Of a stretch of 64,000 bases of DNA, positions 17,592 to 27,502 are shown one piece after another. The position numbers and the translations under genes are program-made. Positions within the stretch are counted from its first letter, which is position 1; each line of letters begins with the position of its first letter. Source of the DNA: an uncultured bacterium (GTDB lineage Bacteria; Gemmatimonadota; Gemmatimonadetes; Gemmatimonadales; Gemmatimonadaceae); NCBI GenBank assembly GCA_963978095.1, contig CAXBQP010000009.1, forward strand, positions 1-64,000, in the 5' to 3' direction. The notes below the pieces were generated by a model. It made no database searches and was not told where the DNA came from. It worked only from the letters and a program-made list of their open reading frames with translations.

Positions 17592-19175
17592 ATGCCGATC
17601 GTCGCGGGAGTGGATTTCGGCACGCAGAGCGTGCGCGTGTCGATCGTCGACAGCGTGCGCGGCGTGATCGGGCACGGCGTGTCCGAGTATCCGGTGCTTC
17701 GCGATCGCCGCGATCCGGATTTCGCGACGCAGTCGCACGCCGATCACATGCGCGCGCTCACGGCGGCGATGGCCACGGCGCTCGCCGACGCGAAGGTGCG
17801 CGGCAGCGACGTCCTCGCGCTCGCGCTCGACACCACCGGGTCCACCGTCATCCCCGTCGACGCCGGGCTGAAGCCGCTCGACGACTACTACCTCTGGTGC
17901 GATCATCGCGCCAAGGACGAAGCCGCGCTGATCACCGCCAAGGCGCACGAGCTGGGGCTCGAGGCGATCCACCTCTGCGGTGGTGTGTATTCCTCCGAGT
18001 GGGGGTTCGCGAAGCTGCTCCACTGGCTGCGTCACAACCCCGACAAGCGTTCGCGCTTCGCCTCGGCGTTCGAGCACTGTGACTACGTCGCCGGTGTCCT
18101 CTGCGGCTATCGCACGCCCCGCGAGGTCCCGCGCTCCATCTGCGCGATGGGACACAAGTGGCTCTGGAGCGCGGCGCTCGGTGGGCTGCCGAGCGAGGCG
18201 TTCCTCGTGGCGGTCGACCCGCTGCTCGCCGGGGTTCGCGAGAAGCTCGACGGCCCGTATCGCACCTCGGATCACATCGCGGGGCATCTCTCGGCGGAGT
18301 GGGCCGCGACGCTCGGGCTCAAGGCCGGGATCCCGATTCCCGTCGGCGCCTTCGACGCGCACTGGGACGCGATGGGCGCTGGCGTCACCGAAGGCGATGT
18401 CGTAAACGTCCTCGGCACTGCCACCTGCATCATGGCGATCGCCCGCGAGGCGGGGCGCGTGCCCGGCGTCTGCGGTGTGGTGCCCGGCTCGATTCATCCC
18501 GGCTACATCGGCGTCGAATCGGGGCTCTCCGCCTGCGGCTACCTGTTCGAGGCGATCACCAAGCGCAGCGGGCGGAGCGCGGCCGAGCTCACGGCGGGGA
18601 TCGCGAAGCACCGAGCGGGCGAGACGGGATTGTTGCGTCTCACCTGGGACAACGGCGACCGCACGGTGCTCGTGAACCCGAACTTGGGCGGTGTGACGCT
18701 CGGCTGGAACCTCAATCACACGGCGGAGGACGACCTCTTCTCCGCGATCGAGGGGACGGCCTTCCACACGAGGGTGATCTTCGAGCGGATGCAGGAGCAC
18801 GGAGTGCCGATCCGCCGCGTGATCCATGGCGGGGGCATCCCGCAGAAGAACGAGGTGCTGAACCAGGTCTACGCCAACGTGCTCGGCGTGCCGGTGCTCG
18901 TCCCGGAGCGGCCGATCACGAGTCTGGGGTCGGCGTTGTTCGCGTTCCTCGCGGCGGGAGTGTTCCCCGATCTCGAATCCGCGCAGCGAGCGCTCTGCCC
19001 GCCGAATCGCGTGGTGGAGCCCCAACCGGCGGCGCAGAAAGTGTATACAGAATTGTATACAATCTACCGGTCGCTCTATTATGGCATGGGGACGCCCGAC
19101 TCCGCCCCGATGGCGATGGGTGCGGTGTTGCCGGAACTGCGACGGATCGCCGCCGAGGTGCGCGCCGCCGACTGA
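17592..19175 (+). CDS. araB: Ribulokinase (FGGY family)
   Basis: AGVDFGTQSVR, DTTGST, YLWCDH, GGVYSSEWGFAK, FEHCD, CAMGHK, WDNGDR. Confidence 0.9.
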   Translation: MPIVAGVDFGTQSVRVSIVDSVRGVIGHGVSEYPVLRDRRDPDFATQSHADHMRALTAAMATALADAKVRGSDVLALALDTTGSTVIPVDAGLKPLDDYYLWCDHRAKDEAALITAKAHELGLEAIHLCGGVYSSEWGFAKLLHWLRHNPDKRSRFASAFEHCDYVAGVLCGYRTPREVPRSICAMGHKWLWSAALGGLPSEAFLVAVDPLLAGVREKLDGPYRTSDHIAGHLSAEWAATLGLKAGIPIPVGAFDAHWDAMGAGVTEGDVVNVLGTATCIMAIAREAGRVPGVCGVVPGSIHPGYIGVESGLSACGYLFEAITKRSGRSAAELTAGIAKHRAGETGLLRLTWDNGDRTVLVNPNLGGVTLGWNLNHTAEDDLFSAIEGTAFHTRVIFERMQEHGVPIRRVIHGGGIPQKNEVLNQVYANVLGVPVLVPERPITSLGSALFAFLAAGVFPDLESAQRALCPPNRVVEPQPAAQKVYTELYTIYRSLYYGMGTPDSAPMAMGAVLPELRRIAAEVRAAD

Positions 19176-19202
19176 TCGGGCGGCGCGCAGGGGACGGCGC
19201 GC

Positions 19203-20252
19203 CTACGGCTTCTGGAGCGTCGTGTCGAGCGCGAGCAGCCCGTTCAACACCGACTGTGGCGCCAAGAAGGCCGACCCGTGCCGCATCCCGCGCGCGGCCT
19301 TGAGCGAGTCGCTGAACGGTTGCCAGGTCACGAAATCGTGCGTGCGCAACGCGCCGTACTTCCCCTTGGTGTACTCGTCGTAGTAGAGGTACCACCAGCC
19401 GTTCGACTTGAGCAGTGACGGCCCTTCCGTGTGCACACCGGTGATCGCCGGCCCGGCGGGGCCGTAGGGGCCCGTGGCGTGCTTGGCCGAGGCCACGCGG
19501 AGGTTGCGGCGCTCCGGGTAGAAGGTCTCGTCCTTCATCACGAGATAGTAGGTGTCCCCTTCCTTCCGGATTGTCCCATCGATCGCGCAGAAGCCGCCAT
19601 CGTAGAGGAGCTTGGCCTTGGTGTAGCTCTTGAAGTCCTTCGTGGTCGTGAAGTAGAGCCGGTGGTCGGCGCGTCCGCGCGAGGTCTTCTGCGCGAGCGA
19701 GTCGGTGGCGGGGAATCGTCCAGGGATCGACGACGACCAGACGATCACGAATTCCCGCGTGGCGTCATCGTAGAAGAGGTCCGGCGCCCAGGTGTTGAGG
19801 GCGGTGGGCTCGTGCTCCATCACCGGGACCTTGGTCTGCTCCGACCAGTGAATCAGATCCTTGGAGTGCGCGACGCCGATCGCGTGGTCGTTCCAGGAGA
19901 TCGTCCACACGAGGTGGAACATCCCGTCGGGGCCCTGCAGGATGCTCGGATCACGCATCAGTGCGGCGGTGTTGTCCCACTCCTGCCACCCGCGACCGGC
20001 ACCGTTCACGGCCGGTGTGATCACCGAGCGGCCGTTGTTCAGCGGCGACCACGTGATGCCATCCTTGCTCCACGCAAGGTGGACGCCATCCTCGCCGTTA
20101 CGCGTGAAATACGAGAAGAGGAAGGCCCTCGGCTCCTCCGCCGGCGCACCGGCGCTGCCCGTACTCGCCGGTCGGGTGCCGCGTCCAGCACAGGCTGCGG
20201 CGATCAGCGCTACTCCCGCGACGAGCGCCGCCGTACCAGAGGCGCGCCGCAT
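19203..20252 (-). CDS. Glycoside hydrolase family 43-like lipoprotein (five-bladed propeller, probable furanosidase)
   Basis: Lipobox AAAC; FSYF..NGEDGVHLAWSKDG, MRDP, WAPD, AIDG, TEGP catalytic-type motifs. Start overlaps the araD stop (TGATG). Confidence 0.85.
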   Translation of the reverse strand: MRRASGTAALVAGVALIAAACAGRGTRPASTGSAGAPAEEPRAFLFSYFTRNGEDGVHLAWSKDGITWSPLNNGRSVITPAVNGAGRGWQEWDNTAALMRDPSILQGPDGMFHLVWTISWNDHAIGVAHSKDLIHWSEQTKVPVMEHEPTALNTWAPDLFYDDATREFVIVWSSSIPGRFPATDSLAQKTSRGRADHRLYFTTTKDFKSYTKAKLLYDGGFCAIDGTIRKEGDTYYLVMKDETFYPERRNLRVASAKHATGPYGPAGPAITGVHTEGPSLLKSNGWWYLYYDEYTKGKYGALRTHDFVTWQPFSDSLKAARGMRHGSAFLAPQSVLNGLLALDTTLQKP

Positions 20253-20959
20253 CACTTCATTCCGGGCTGCCCATAATACGCCCCGGGGCCGTGCTTCCGC
20301 AGGAAATGCCGATTCAACAACGGCTGTGCGATGGGCGCGGCCTTGGGGTTGATCGCCAACGTCTCCATGGCGATCCGCGCCACCGTCTCGAGCACGTCGG
20401 CATACTCGACCGCCTTCGCCACCGTGCTCCCCCAGACGAACGACGCGTGCGATCGCACCAGCACCGCGGGTACCTGCAACGGGTCGATCCCCTTGAAGCG
20501 CCGGACGATCACATGTCCGGTGTTGGCCTCGTAGTCGCCGCTGATCTCCCGCGCGGTCATGGCGTCGGTCACTGGCACCGACCCATGGAAGTGGTCGGCA
20601 TGCGTGGTCCCGAAGCACGGAATCTCCCTCCCGGCCTGCGCCCACGCGGTGGCATGCGGCGAGTGGGTATGCACGATCGCATTCACCCCCGCGAACGCGC
20701 GATACAACACGAGATGCGTCGGCAGATCCGACGACGGCCGCAACGCCCCGCGGGCCACCTGCCCGTTGAGATCACACGCGACCAGCATCTTCGCCGTCAG
20801 CTTCGCGTACGGCACACCACTCGGCTTGATCACCACCACGCCACGCTCGCGGTCGAAGCCGCTCACATTGCCGAACGTGAACTGCGCCAGCCCGCGCCTG
20901 AAGATCTCGATGTTCGCGGCCAGCACCTCCTTCCGCAGCTGCTCGATCGTGCGCGCCAT
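20252..20959 (-). CDS. araD: L-ribulose-5-phosphate 4-epimerase
   Basis: TFGNVSG, IKPSGVPY, RPSSDLPTH, VHTHS, GTTHADHF, HFLRKHGPGAYYGQ. Confidence 0.95.
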   Translation of the reverse strand: MARTIEQLRKEVLAANIEIFRRGLAQFTFGNVSGFDRERGVVVIKPSGVPYAKLTAKMLVACDLNGQVARGALRPSSDLPTHLVLYRAFAGVNAIVHTHSPHATAWAQAGREIPCFGTTHADHFHGSVPVTDAMTAREISGDYEANTGHVIVRRFKGIDPLQVPAVLVRSHASFVWGSTVAKAVEYADVLETVARIAMETLAINPKAAPIAQPLLNRHFLRKHGPGAYYGQPGMK

Positions 20960-22788
20960 CAGCCGATCCCGGCGCGCTGCTTGGCGCGTGCGATCACCTG
21001 CGCCATCACGTCACGATGTGCGGTGTAGGTGTCATCCACGACTTGCAGCGTCGGGATGGCGGTGGTCGAGAGGCCGAGCGTCTCAACGTTGAAGCGCTGG
21101 AAGCCGGCTTCGTGCACGCCGCTGCTCCCGCGCCCCGCGGCTGGGGCGCTCAGGTGCGAGAAGAACTTCGCGTACTTCTGCCAGCGCGCGCCGCCGCCGG
21201 CATGGTACATCGGGATGAACTGATAGAGCGCGTCGTACGGCATCTCGCCGACGCACGCGACCTTCGGGAACTTCTCCCGCAGGTCCATGACCATGCGCTT
21301 GGTCCCCTCGTGCATGTCACCCGTGGTGCTGTTCACATGCCCTCCGACGATGTCGAGGAAGTACGCATCCACGCCGAATCGTTCGATCGTCTCCGCGATC
21401 CGTCCGGTGATGTGATTGCGCCAAGCATCGTGGCCGAGGTTCATGTAGGTCAGCCAGCCGTCCTGATGCCGGTCGTTGTTCCAGTCCACCCAGTTCAGGT
21501 TGTAGAGATCGCCGTCGATCTTGTACGTGGATCCGGCCTTGATCGAATCCCAGTTCGGGTTGTTGCGATTGGCGGAGTTCGCGCCGAACATCGGCATCAT
21601 CTTGAACCCCATCTTCTGCCCTTCCTGGATGAGGCGGCGGAATCCCGCCTCACCGCCCATCCGCTCCGGCACCTTGTAATTCGGATAATCCCAATAGTAC
21701 CGGCCGTCCCACGAGGCGAGGAATACGAGTACGCGATCCGCGGGGATCTGCGTGGCCATCCAGCGCAGGATCTCGAGCTGCTTGGCGTAGTCGTTGAAGA
21801 TGTAGCCGGTGTAGTGCTGCCCGTGGAATGTCGTCACCATGGCGATCTGGCGCATCCACGCTGGCACGTCGGTGCGCGATTCCCAGGTCGGCAGCGCGAA
21901 CGCCGTCTCGATGTGCGCCATGTGCGGCGCCATCGCCCCTTCGAAGGTCGTGGCGTGCCCGATGCGCCAGGTGGGAACGCTCACCCGCTTGTCGTTCCGC
22001 CACCCGTCATGTTCATAGATGGCCTCGACACGGAACCCCTTCTCTCCCTGCTGGAAGTAGTAGCGCTTGGGACGCACCCGCTCGTCGAGCGTCGAGAACC
22101 ACATGAAGTCGCTCTCCGAGGCCTGCAGCACCGCGATGGGCGTGGTCATCCCCGCCGGGCTGAACGCCCCGTGCAAGTCGCCCGCGCCGAAGGTGTATCC
22201 GCCCAACAGATCGCCCTCGTTGGGATTGGTGAAGCCGCCCCCGCCGAAGGAGATCTGCCCCTTGGGAACGTCGCGGATCACCGTGGTGACCGTCTTCACC
22301 GGATGCGGCATCTCGACGACCGTGTCCCACTCGATCGTCGTGCCGTTGCGGCGGAAGGTCGCCGTGAAGGCGCCCTTTACCTTCTCCTGCCCACCGGCCC
22401 AGACGAACGAGTCGCAGGTGAGCTTCAGCCCGTCGTCGTTCCCTTCGGCGCGCATGCGCGACCGGTCGAGCGAGTAGGTGTTTTCCGGCGTGAAGATCAC
22501 GAAGCCGAACCGATGCGGGCCGAAAACGACCGAGGGTTCGGGGAAGTCGAAGCTGAAGCGCATGAACGACCGTCCGCGCGCCGGCGTATAGACTTCGCTC
22601 GTATTGAACAGCGGGATGATGTCTCCCGTGGTCCGGGTCGGGGCCACGTCGAGCACCCGCGGCGGAGCGGTCGGTGCTGACGGACTCGCGTGTGCCACCG
22701 TCGCTGACGCGGCGTCGGCGGCAAGTCCGGCAGCAGCGGCCGCGCCCAGGGCCTTCAGGGCGTCGCGGCGGGAGAGGGAATCGCTCAT
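20959..22788 (-). CDS. Tat-exported uncharacterised protein, putative TIM-barrel glycoside hydrolase
   Basis: SRRDALK Tat signal; beta-rich N-terminal region; WDGRYYWDYPNY...GGEAGFRRLIQEGQKMG and GVDAYFLD, VGEMPYD resemble GH-type barrels. Coupled to araD. Confidence 0.7.
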   Translation of the reverse strand: MSDSLSRRDALKALGAAAAAGLAADAASATVAHASPSAPTAPPRVLDVAPTRTTGDIIPLFNTSEVYTPARGRSFMRFSFDFPEPSVVFGPHRFGFVIFTPENTYSLDRSRMRAEGNDDGLKLTCDSFVWAGGQEKVKGAFTATFRRNGTTIEWDTVVEMPHPVKTVTTVIRDVPKGQISFGGGGFTNPNEGDLLGGYTFGAGDLHGAFSPAGMTTPIAVLQASESDFMWFSTLDERVRPKRYYFQQGEKGFRVEAIYEHDGWRNDKRVSVPTWRIGHATTFEGAMAPHMAHIETAFALPTWESRTDVPAWMRQIAMVTTFHGQHYTGYIFNDYAKQLEILRWMATQIPADRVLVFLASWDGRYYWDYPNYKVPERMGGEAGFRRLIQEGQKMGFKMMPMFGANSANRNNPNWDSIKAGSTYKIDGDLYNLNWVDWNNDRHQDGWLTYMNLGHDAWRNHITGRIAETIERFGVDAYFLDIVGGHVNSTTGDMHEGTKRMVMDLREKFPKVACVGEMPYDALYQFIPMYHAGGGARWQKYAKFFSHLSAPAAGRGSSGVHEAGFQRFNVETLGLSTTAIPTLQVVDDTYTAHRDVMAQVIARAKQRAGIG

Positions 22789-22922
22789 CAGCAGGCTCGT
22801 CGGGAAAGGGGGGACCTCATGCGGAATATGCGGTTCGGTGCGAGGGCAAGCCAGATGGTGTTTCCTGACGGTGCGAGGTGCGGAGGAGCAGCGGCGCGTG
22901 TAAGCGCTGAACAGCGTGGGAC

Positions 22923-23216
22923 ATGTCACCTCTCATCCAACGGTTCCGTGTGGCACTTGCCCTGATTGGTCCTTGCATGGTGGTGGCACCGCTGGTGGCC
23001 GTGGGGTTCATCCTGGCCATTCCGCTCTGGCCCGTGTTGGTGCTCCTGTCCGGATTCGGCTGGCTGCTGGCCGCCGCGCTGGAGCAGATGCTGCGGATCG
23101 TCGGCGTTCGCGCGACCGATGGATGGGGACTGGCCGCCCGCCGCCTCTTCTTGGCGATCCTCACGCCATGGACCTACTTCGATCCCCCAAAACGGAAGTC
23201 GCCTCCGGGCGACTGA
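22923..23216 (+). CDS. Small hypothetical membrane protein
   Basis: 97 aa, strongly hydrophobic; fills the gap between flanking genes. Confidence 0.55.
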   Translation: MSPLIQRFRVALALIGPCMVVAPLVAVGFILAIPLWPVLVLLSGFGWLLAAALEQMLRIVGVRATDGWGLAARRLFLAILTPWTYFDPPKRKSPPGD

Positions 23217-23310
23217 GCGCGCGGCGGCCACTGGCCATGCGTCGCATCATTGGCGATTATCTGTCATCGTTGCTCCTTTCTTCACGCCATGCCCGTCTCA
23301 CGAGGTAGCC

Positions 23311-25167
23311 GTGTACTCTCCTGACGAACTGCTCGAACAGGCCCATCTCGAACTTGCCCGCGCCGATCACGACGAAGAGGCCACAGGGCTCGATCGTCGT
23401 CAGTTCATGTTCTATTCGCTCGTGGCCGCCGCGGCGACCACCTTCGGAGCGGACAAGTTGCGTGCCCAGGGCGCGACGGGCGCTTCGGTGGTCCCGGCGG
23501 GTGGGCGGGGGGGTGCGCAGCAAGCGCCGCAGGCCGCGCCGCCGATCCCCCTCGGCAATGGCGAGGCCCCCGCGCTCCAGTTCCAAGCCTATCCTGGCGG
23601 CACCGGCGCGCTGATGGAGAAGCTCGCCCGCGAACGTGGTCGGGCGGCCTTCGACCGTGCGTCATGGGTGGTCGAGAAGTGGACGGGACCGGTGCCGACG
23701 AACGCCGAGGATATCGCATTCCTCCCGGCGCACAAGCTCGCGTCGCTCCTCAAGGAGCGAAAGATCACATCGGTGAAGCTCACCGAGATCTACCTCGAGC
23801 GCCTCAAACGACTGAACCCGACGCTCCTCTGCGCGGTCACCATCACCGAGGATCTGGCCCGCGCGCAGGCGACCCAGGCCGATGCGGAGATCAAGGCCGG
23901 GAAATATCGCGGCCCGCTTCACGGTCTCCCGTACGGCGTCAAGGATCTCTTCGCGACCAAGGGGATTCCCACCACGTGGGGTGCCGCCGATTTCGCCACC
24001 CGGATCATCGACGAGGACGCGGAAGTCGTCGTGCGACTGCGTGAGGCCGGCGCCGTGCTGGTCGCCAAGCTCTCCACCGGCCTCTTTGCGCAGAACGACC
24101 AGTGGTTCCGCGGGCGCACGAACAACCCGTGGAATCTCTCCCAGGGATCGAGCGGGTCGTCTGCCGGCCCGGCCTCGGCGACCGCCGCCGGCTGCGTGGC
24201 CTTCAGCATCGGCACCGAGACGAGTGGTTCGATCGTCAGTCCGAGTACGCGCTGCGGGGTGAGCGCACTTCGACCGACCTTCGGCCGCGTGAGTCGTTCG
24301 GGCGGCATGGTGCTCGCCTGGTCGCAGGACCGCGTGGGTCCCATCACGCGCTCGGTCGAGGATGCGGCGATGGTCTTCAATGTCATCCACGGCGCCGACG
24401 AGAAGGATCCGAGCACACTGACGACTCCGTTCCATTTCGAGCGCAACATCAAGTTCGCGGGCCTTCGGATCGGCGTCGATCCCAATGGCGCTCCCAAGGA
24501 GTTCGTCGACAAGCTGCGCGACCTCGGGGCGAAGACCACGGAGATCGGGGCCCGGCCCTCAGTCGGGGGCGCTGCACCGCTTGGCGGACTCAACAGCGAG
24601 TACGCCGCCGCGTTCGATGAATACGTGCAACGGAAGGCCAAGGAGATCGGACTCGATCTGAACAATCTGCCGGCCCCGACGCAACCGGCTGGCGGTGGGC
24701 GTGGCGGTGTGGCGCCCTACGGGATGGCGGCGAACCCGGACAATCCGATGGCACCGGCGGATTGGAATCCGCGCTTCGTCTCCGGCCGCTCGATCAAGTC
24801 CATGGACTTCATCAACAATCAGCGTCGCCGATTGATCCTGACGACCAAGTGGGGGGAGTTCATGAAGGACCTCGATATGTTCATCGCGGGTCCATCCACC
24901 GACGTGGGCATCAACGCCCAGACCGGACATCCCTGCGTCGTCGTCCCCTACAAGTTCGACGTGCCGGCCCAACAGGGCGGCGGCGGTGGGGGCGGTGGAC
25001 GTGGCGCCGGGGCAGCGGCACCGACCGCGCCGGCCACTCCTGCGCTCAATCCGCAGCCGATCTGCGCGACGATCATCGGGGGGCTGTTCAACGACGACAA
25101 GATTCTCAGTGTCGCGCATCAGTTTCAAACGCACACCGACGTCGCCAACAAGCGCCCCGCGCTCTGA
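23311..25167 (+). CDS. Amidase-signature family enzyme, probably Tat-exported
   Basis: RGPLHGLPYGVKD (Lys), GSSGSSAG and IGTETSGSI (Ser-cisSer-Lys triad), RPTFGRVSR; LDRRQFM Tat motif; GTG start after GAGG. Confidence 0.9.
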   Translation: MYSPDELLEQAHLELARADHDEEATGLDRRQFMFYSLVAAAATTFGADKLRAQGATGASVVPAGGRGGAQQAPQAAPPIPLGNGEAPALQFQAYPGGTGALMEKLARERGRAAFDRASWVVEKWTGPVPTNAEDIAFLPAHKLASLLKERKITSVKLTEIYLERLKRLNPTLLCAVTITEDLARAQATQADAEIKAGKYRGPLHGLPYGVKDLFATKGIPTTWGAADFATRIIDEDAEVVVRLREAGAVLVAKLSTGLFAQNDQWFRGRTNNPWNLSQGSSGSSAGPASATAAGCVAFSIGTETSGSIVSPSTRCGVSALRPTFGRVSRSGGMVLAWSQDRVGPITRSVEDAAMVFNVIHGADEKDPSTLTTPFHFERNIKFAGLRIGVDPNGAPKEFVDKLRDLGAKTTEIGARPSVGGAAPLGGLNSEYAAAFDEYVQRKAKEIGLDLNNLPAPTQPAGGGRGGVAPYGMAANPDNPMAPADWNPRFVSGRSIKSMDFINNQRRRLILTTKWGEFMKDLDMFIAGPSTDVGINAQTGHPCVVVPYKFDVPAQQGGGGGGGGRGAGAAAPTAPATPALNPQPICATIIGGLFNDDKILSVAHQFQTHTDVANKRPAL

Positions 25168-25184
25168 ACGGGCGTTCGCGCAGC

Positions 25185-25225
25185 GACGCAGGGGGGGCAT
25201 GCCGATCGGCATGCCCCCCTGCGTC
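25185..25225. terminator. Long near-perfect palindrome between convergent genes
   Basis: GACGCA-G7-CATGCCGATCGGCATG-C6-TGCGTC, one unpaired G. Confidence 0.65.
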
Positions 25226-25239
25226 ACATTCGCACGGCA

Positions 25240-25986
25240 TCACGCCGTCGCGGCCATCTCCGCGATCAGCGCCACCCGTGCCTCTGCGATGATCGTCCGC
25301 GTGCGTTCCTTGAGCGCCATCAGGTCGTCGGTGCCGAGTCCCGTGGTCGGGATCGGATCCAACACCTTCACCCACGCCCGGGCGCGCTGGAACCGGAACG
25401 TTCCCTTGGCCATGCACGACCGTGACCCGGCGACCACCAGCGGAAGAATCGGCACCCCCGCTTCGATCGCGAGCTTGAAGGCGCCGTTCTTGAACGGGAG
25501 CAACTCCCCGTCACGCGAGCGCGTCCCCTCAGGGAAGATCATCACGCTCACCTGCTTCGCCAAGCGATCGTGCGCGGCCGCGAGCGCATTCACGGCACTG
25601 CGCTTGTCCTCGCGCACGAGCCGGATATCTCCCGCCATCCGCATCATCCATCCGAAGCAGGGGATATTGAACATCGTCTCCTTCGACATCCACTTCATCT
25701 CCCAGGGGAGATGGGAGATCAGGAAGATGTCGGCATACGACTCGTGGTTCGACACGACCACATACGGCCGGCGCGGATCGGTGATGTACGGCCCGATCGT
25801 CTTGAAGTCCCATAGCGGATTGATCTGCACCGCCGTGATCCCGACGATGCGCAGGAACCGTCCCGCCGCGTAGCGACCCTTGTCGAAGGGCGCCGTCAGG
25901 CAGAAGAGCACGAACATGATCGGCGTGCCCAGGATCACCAGCGCGATCGAGGAGATCCACGCCCACAAATTGAGGATCGCGTCCAT
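25240..25986 (-). CDS. plsC: 1-acyl-sn-glycerol-3-phosphate acyltransferase family protein
   Basis: SNHESYAD (NHxxxxD) and IFPEGTRS, PFKNGAF motifs. Confidence 0.85.
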   Translation of the reverse strand: MDAILNLWAWISSIALVILGTPIMFVLFCLTAPFDKGRYAAGRFLRIVGITAVQINPLWDFKTIGPYITDPRRPYVVVSNHESYADIFLISHLPWEMKWMSKETMFNIPCFGWMMRMAGDIRLVREDKRSAVNALAAAHDRLAKQVSVMIFPEGTRSRDGELLPFKNGAFKLAIEAGVPILPLVVAGSRSCMAKGTFRFQRARAWVKVLDPIPTTGLGTDDLMALKERTRTIIAEARVALIAEMAATA

Positions 25987-26046
25987 TACGAGACGCTCCG
26001 GTGATTGCCGCACACCCGGGCGCAGGTCCCGGGAATCACAAGGGGA

Positions 26047-26925
26047 TCACGCGCCGAGCTTCTTCCGCGCCAGCGGACGCGCGAATGCGGCCGGCGGATT
26101 GTGTGCGGTGGCGAGATCATAGGCCTTCTGCCACAGCGCCTTCGCGTCGGCGGTCTTTCCCTGTTTCTCGTACGTCATTGCCAACAGCGAGATCATGAAC
26201 GGGTCGGTTCCATTCCCCTGCAGGGCGAGCGCCGACGTGAGATGCGATGATGCGCCGGCCAGATCCCCGGTGTAGAGAGCGACGTAGCCCTCGAGATACG
26301 GCAGGAAGCGCGCCTGTGCCGCCGCCATCGCCGAGTCGCCCGCCAGGATCTTGCGGGCGTCCGCGATCTGCTTGGCGGCCTCGCTCGCGTTGCCGCGACG
26401 GGCCGCGAGTCGGCCGAGCGCGTGCGCCAAGCGGAAATTCCAGAGTGACGTGGGGTGGGTCTTGGGGGAGGGCTCCTTCAGGCCGAGTGCCGTGCCCTTG
26501 CGGTACCACACCTCGGCGACGTCGAGATTGCCAGCATCGATGCAGACGCGGGCGGCCTCGTTCGCCATCTCCCCCTGCTGATAGAACGCATTCTGCGGCT
26601 CGGCGGCCTCGCGCGTTGCCCAATACGCGATCACCAGTGTTTCGTACTTCACCGTGTTGGCGCAGTCACCATCGAAGGCATATGAGATCGCCATCGCCCG
26701 TTGTGCAGCCGCTTTTGCCGCCGCGTCGGGTGCGTTGTCGATCTGAGCCTGGAAGATGGCCCGAGCCTTCGTGGTCTGTCCTTCGACATCGAGACGCGAG
26801 GCCTCTCGGGTGCTGTCGGCGCGCGGGGTACGGGCGGCTGCTCCCCCCTGGGCGGACAGGGCCACCGGTGCCGTGAACACCACGCCGGCAGTGACCAGTG
26901 AACGTAGCAACTGTGGACGCGGCAT
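26047..26925 (-). CDS. Exported TPR-like alpha-helical repeat protein
   Basis: Signal peptide ending LSA-Q; repeated helical A/G/Y patterns (LLAMTYEKQGKTADAKALWQKA). Confidence 0.7.
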   Translation of the reverse strand: MPRPQLLRSLVTAGVVFTAPVALSAQGGAAARTPRADSTREASRLDVEGQTTKARAIFQAQIDNAPDAAAKAAAQRAMAISYAFDGDCANTVKYETLVIAYWATREAAEPQNAFYQQGEMANEAARVCIDAGNLDVAEVWYRKGTALGLKEPSPKTHPTSLWNFRLAHALGRLAARRGNASEAAKQIADARKILAGDSAMAAAQARFLPYLEGYVALYTGDLAGASSHLTSALALQGNGTDPFMISLLAMTYEKQGKTADAKALWQKAYDLATAHNPPAAFARPLARKKLGA

Positions 26926-26944
26926 CGGTCTCTCCCGGAAAGGA

Positions 26945-27424
26945 TTACGGATTCAGCACAACCAGCTGTTCGATTCCCGGCCACGACGCGGCATTGTAGG
27001 TCGTGATCGTCTTCAGATAGTGCTCGCAGGCATCACCGAACTGCGCGCGAACCATCTCCACTGCCTTCTTGGTGGTCGTTTCGTCACAGAACGGCGGCGT
27101 GGCGTCTTCGGCGATGTGTCCGTCCTTGTGCGCCACGCCCGCCGCGTCGAGGAAGGCAATCTGGATGGCAGGCTCGAGCTCCACGTAGAGGTGCAGGAGC
27201 ATGTCCAACTCGTCCTGCGGCTGCAGCGCGTTCAGGCGCACGACTTCCTTGGCCAGCTTCTCGGGCGACCAGGTCATGAGCGTGACTGCGCGGAACCCGC
27301 CTCCCTTCTGCGCAATCCGCGCGGCCAGCGCGGCGCGGACTTCCTTGTGCTGCTTGGCCGACGCCATGATCACGGCGATACGGCGTTCGGCGGGGAGGGC
27401 ACGCCAGGGAGTCAGAGTAGCCAT
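26945..27424 (-). CDS. Hypothetical protein
   Basis: MATLTPWRALPAERRIA...FLDAAGVAHKDG; coding-like codon pattern; downstream of sufS. Confidence 0.7.
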   Translation of the reverse strand: MATLTPWRALPAERRIAVIMASAKQHKEVRAALAARIAQKGGGFRAVTLMTWSPEKLAKEVVRLNALQPQDELDMLLHLYVELEPAIQIAFLDAAGVAHKDGHIAEDATPPFCDETTTKKAVEMVRAQFGDACEHYLKTITTYNAASWPGIEQLVVLNP

Positions 27425-27502
27425 GGAGTTGTCTTGAGGATTTCGATCGTCGGCACACACGCGTGCCGCGCACGGAAATTAGGGAGTGCAGGGGGCGCGA
27501 CG

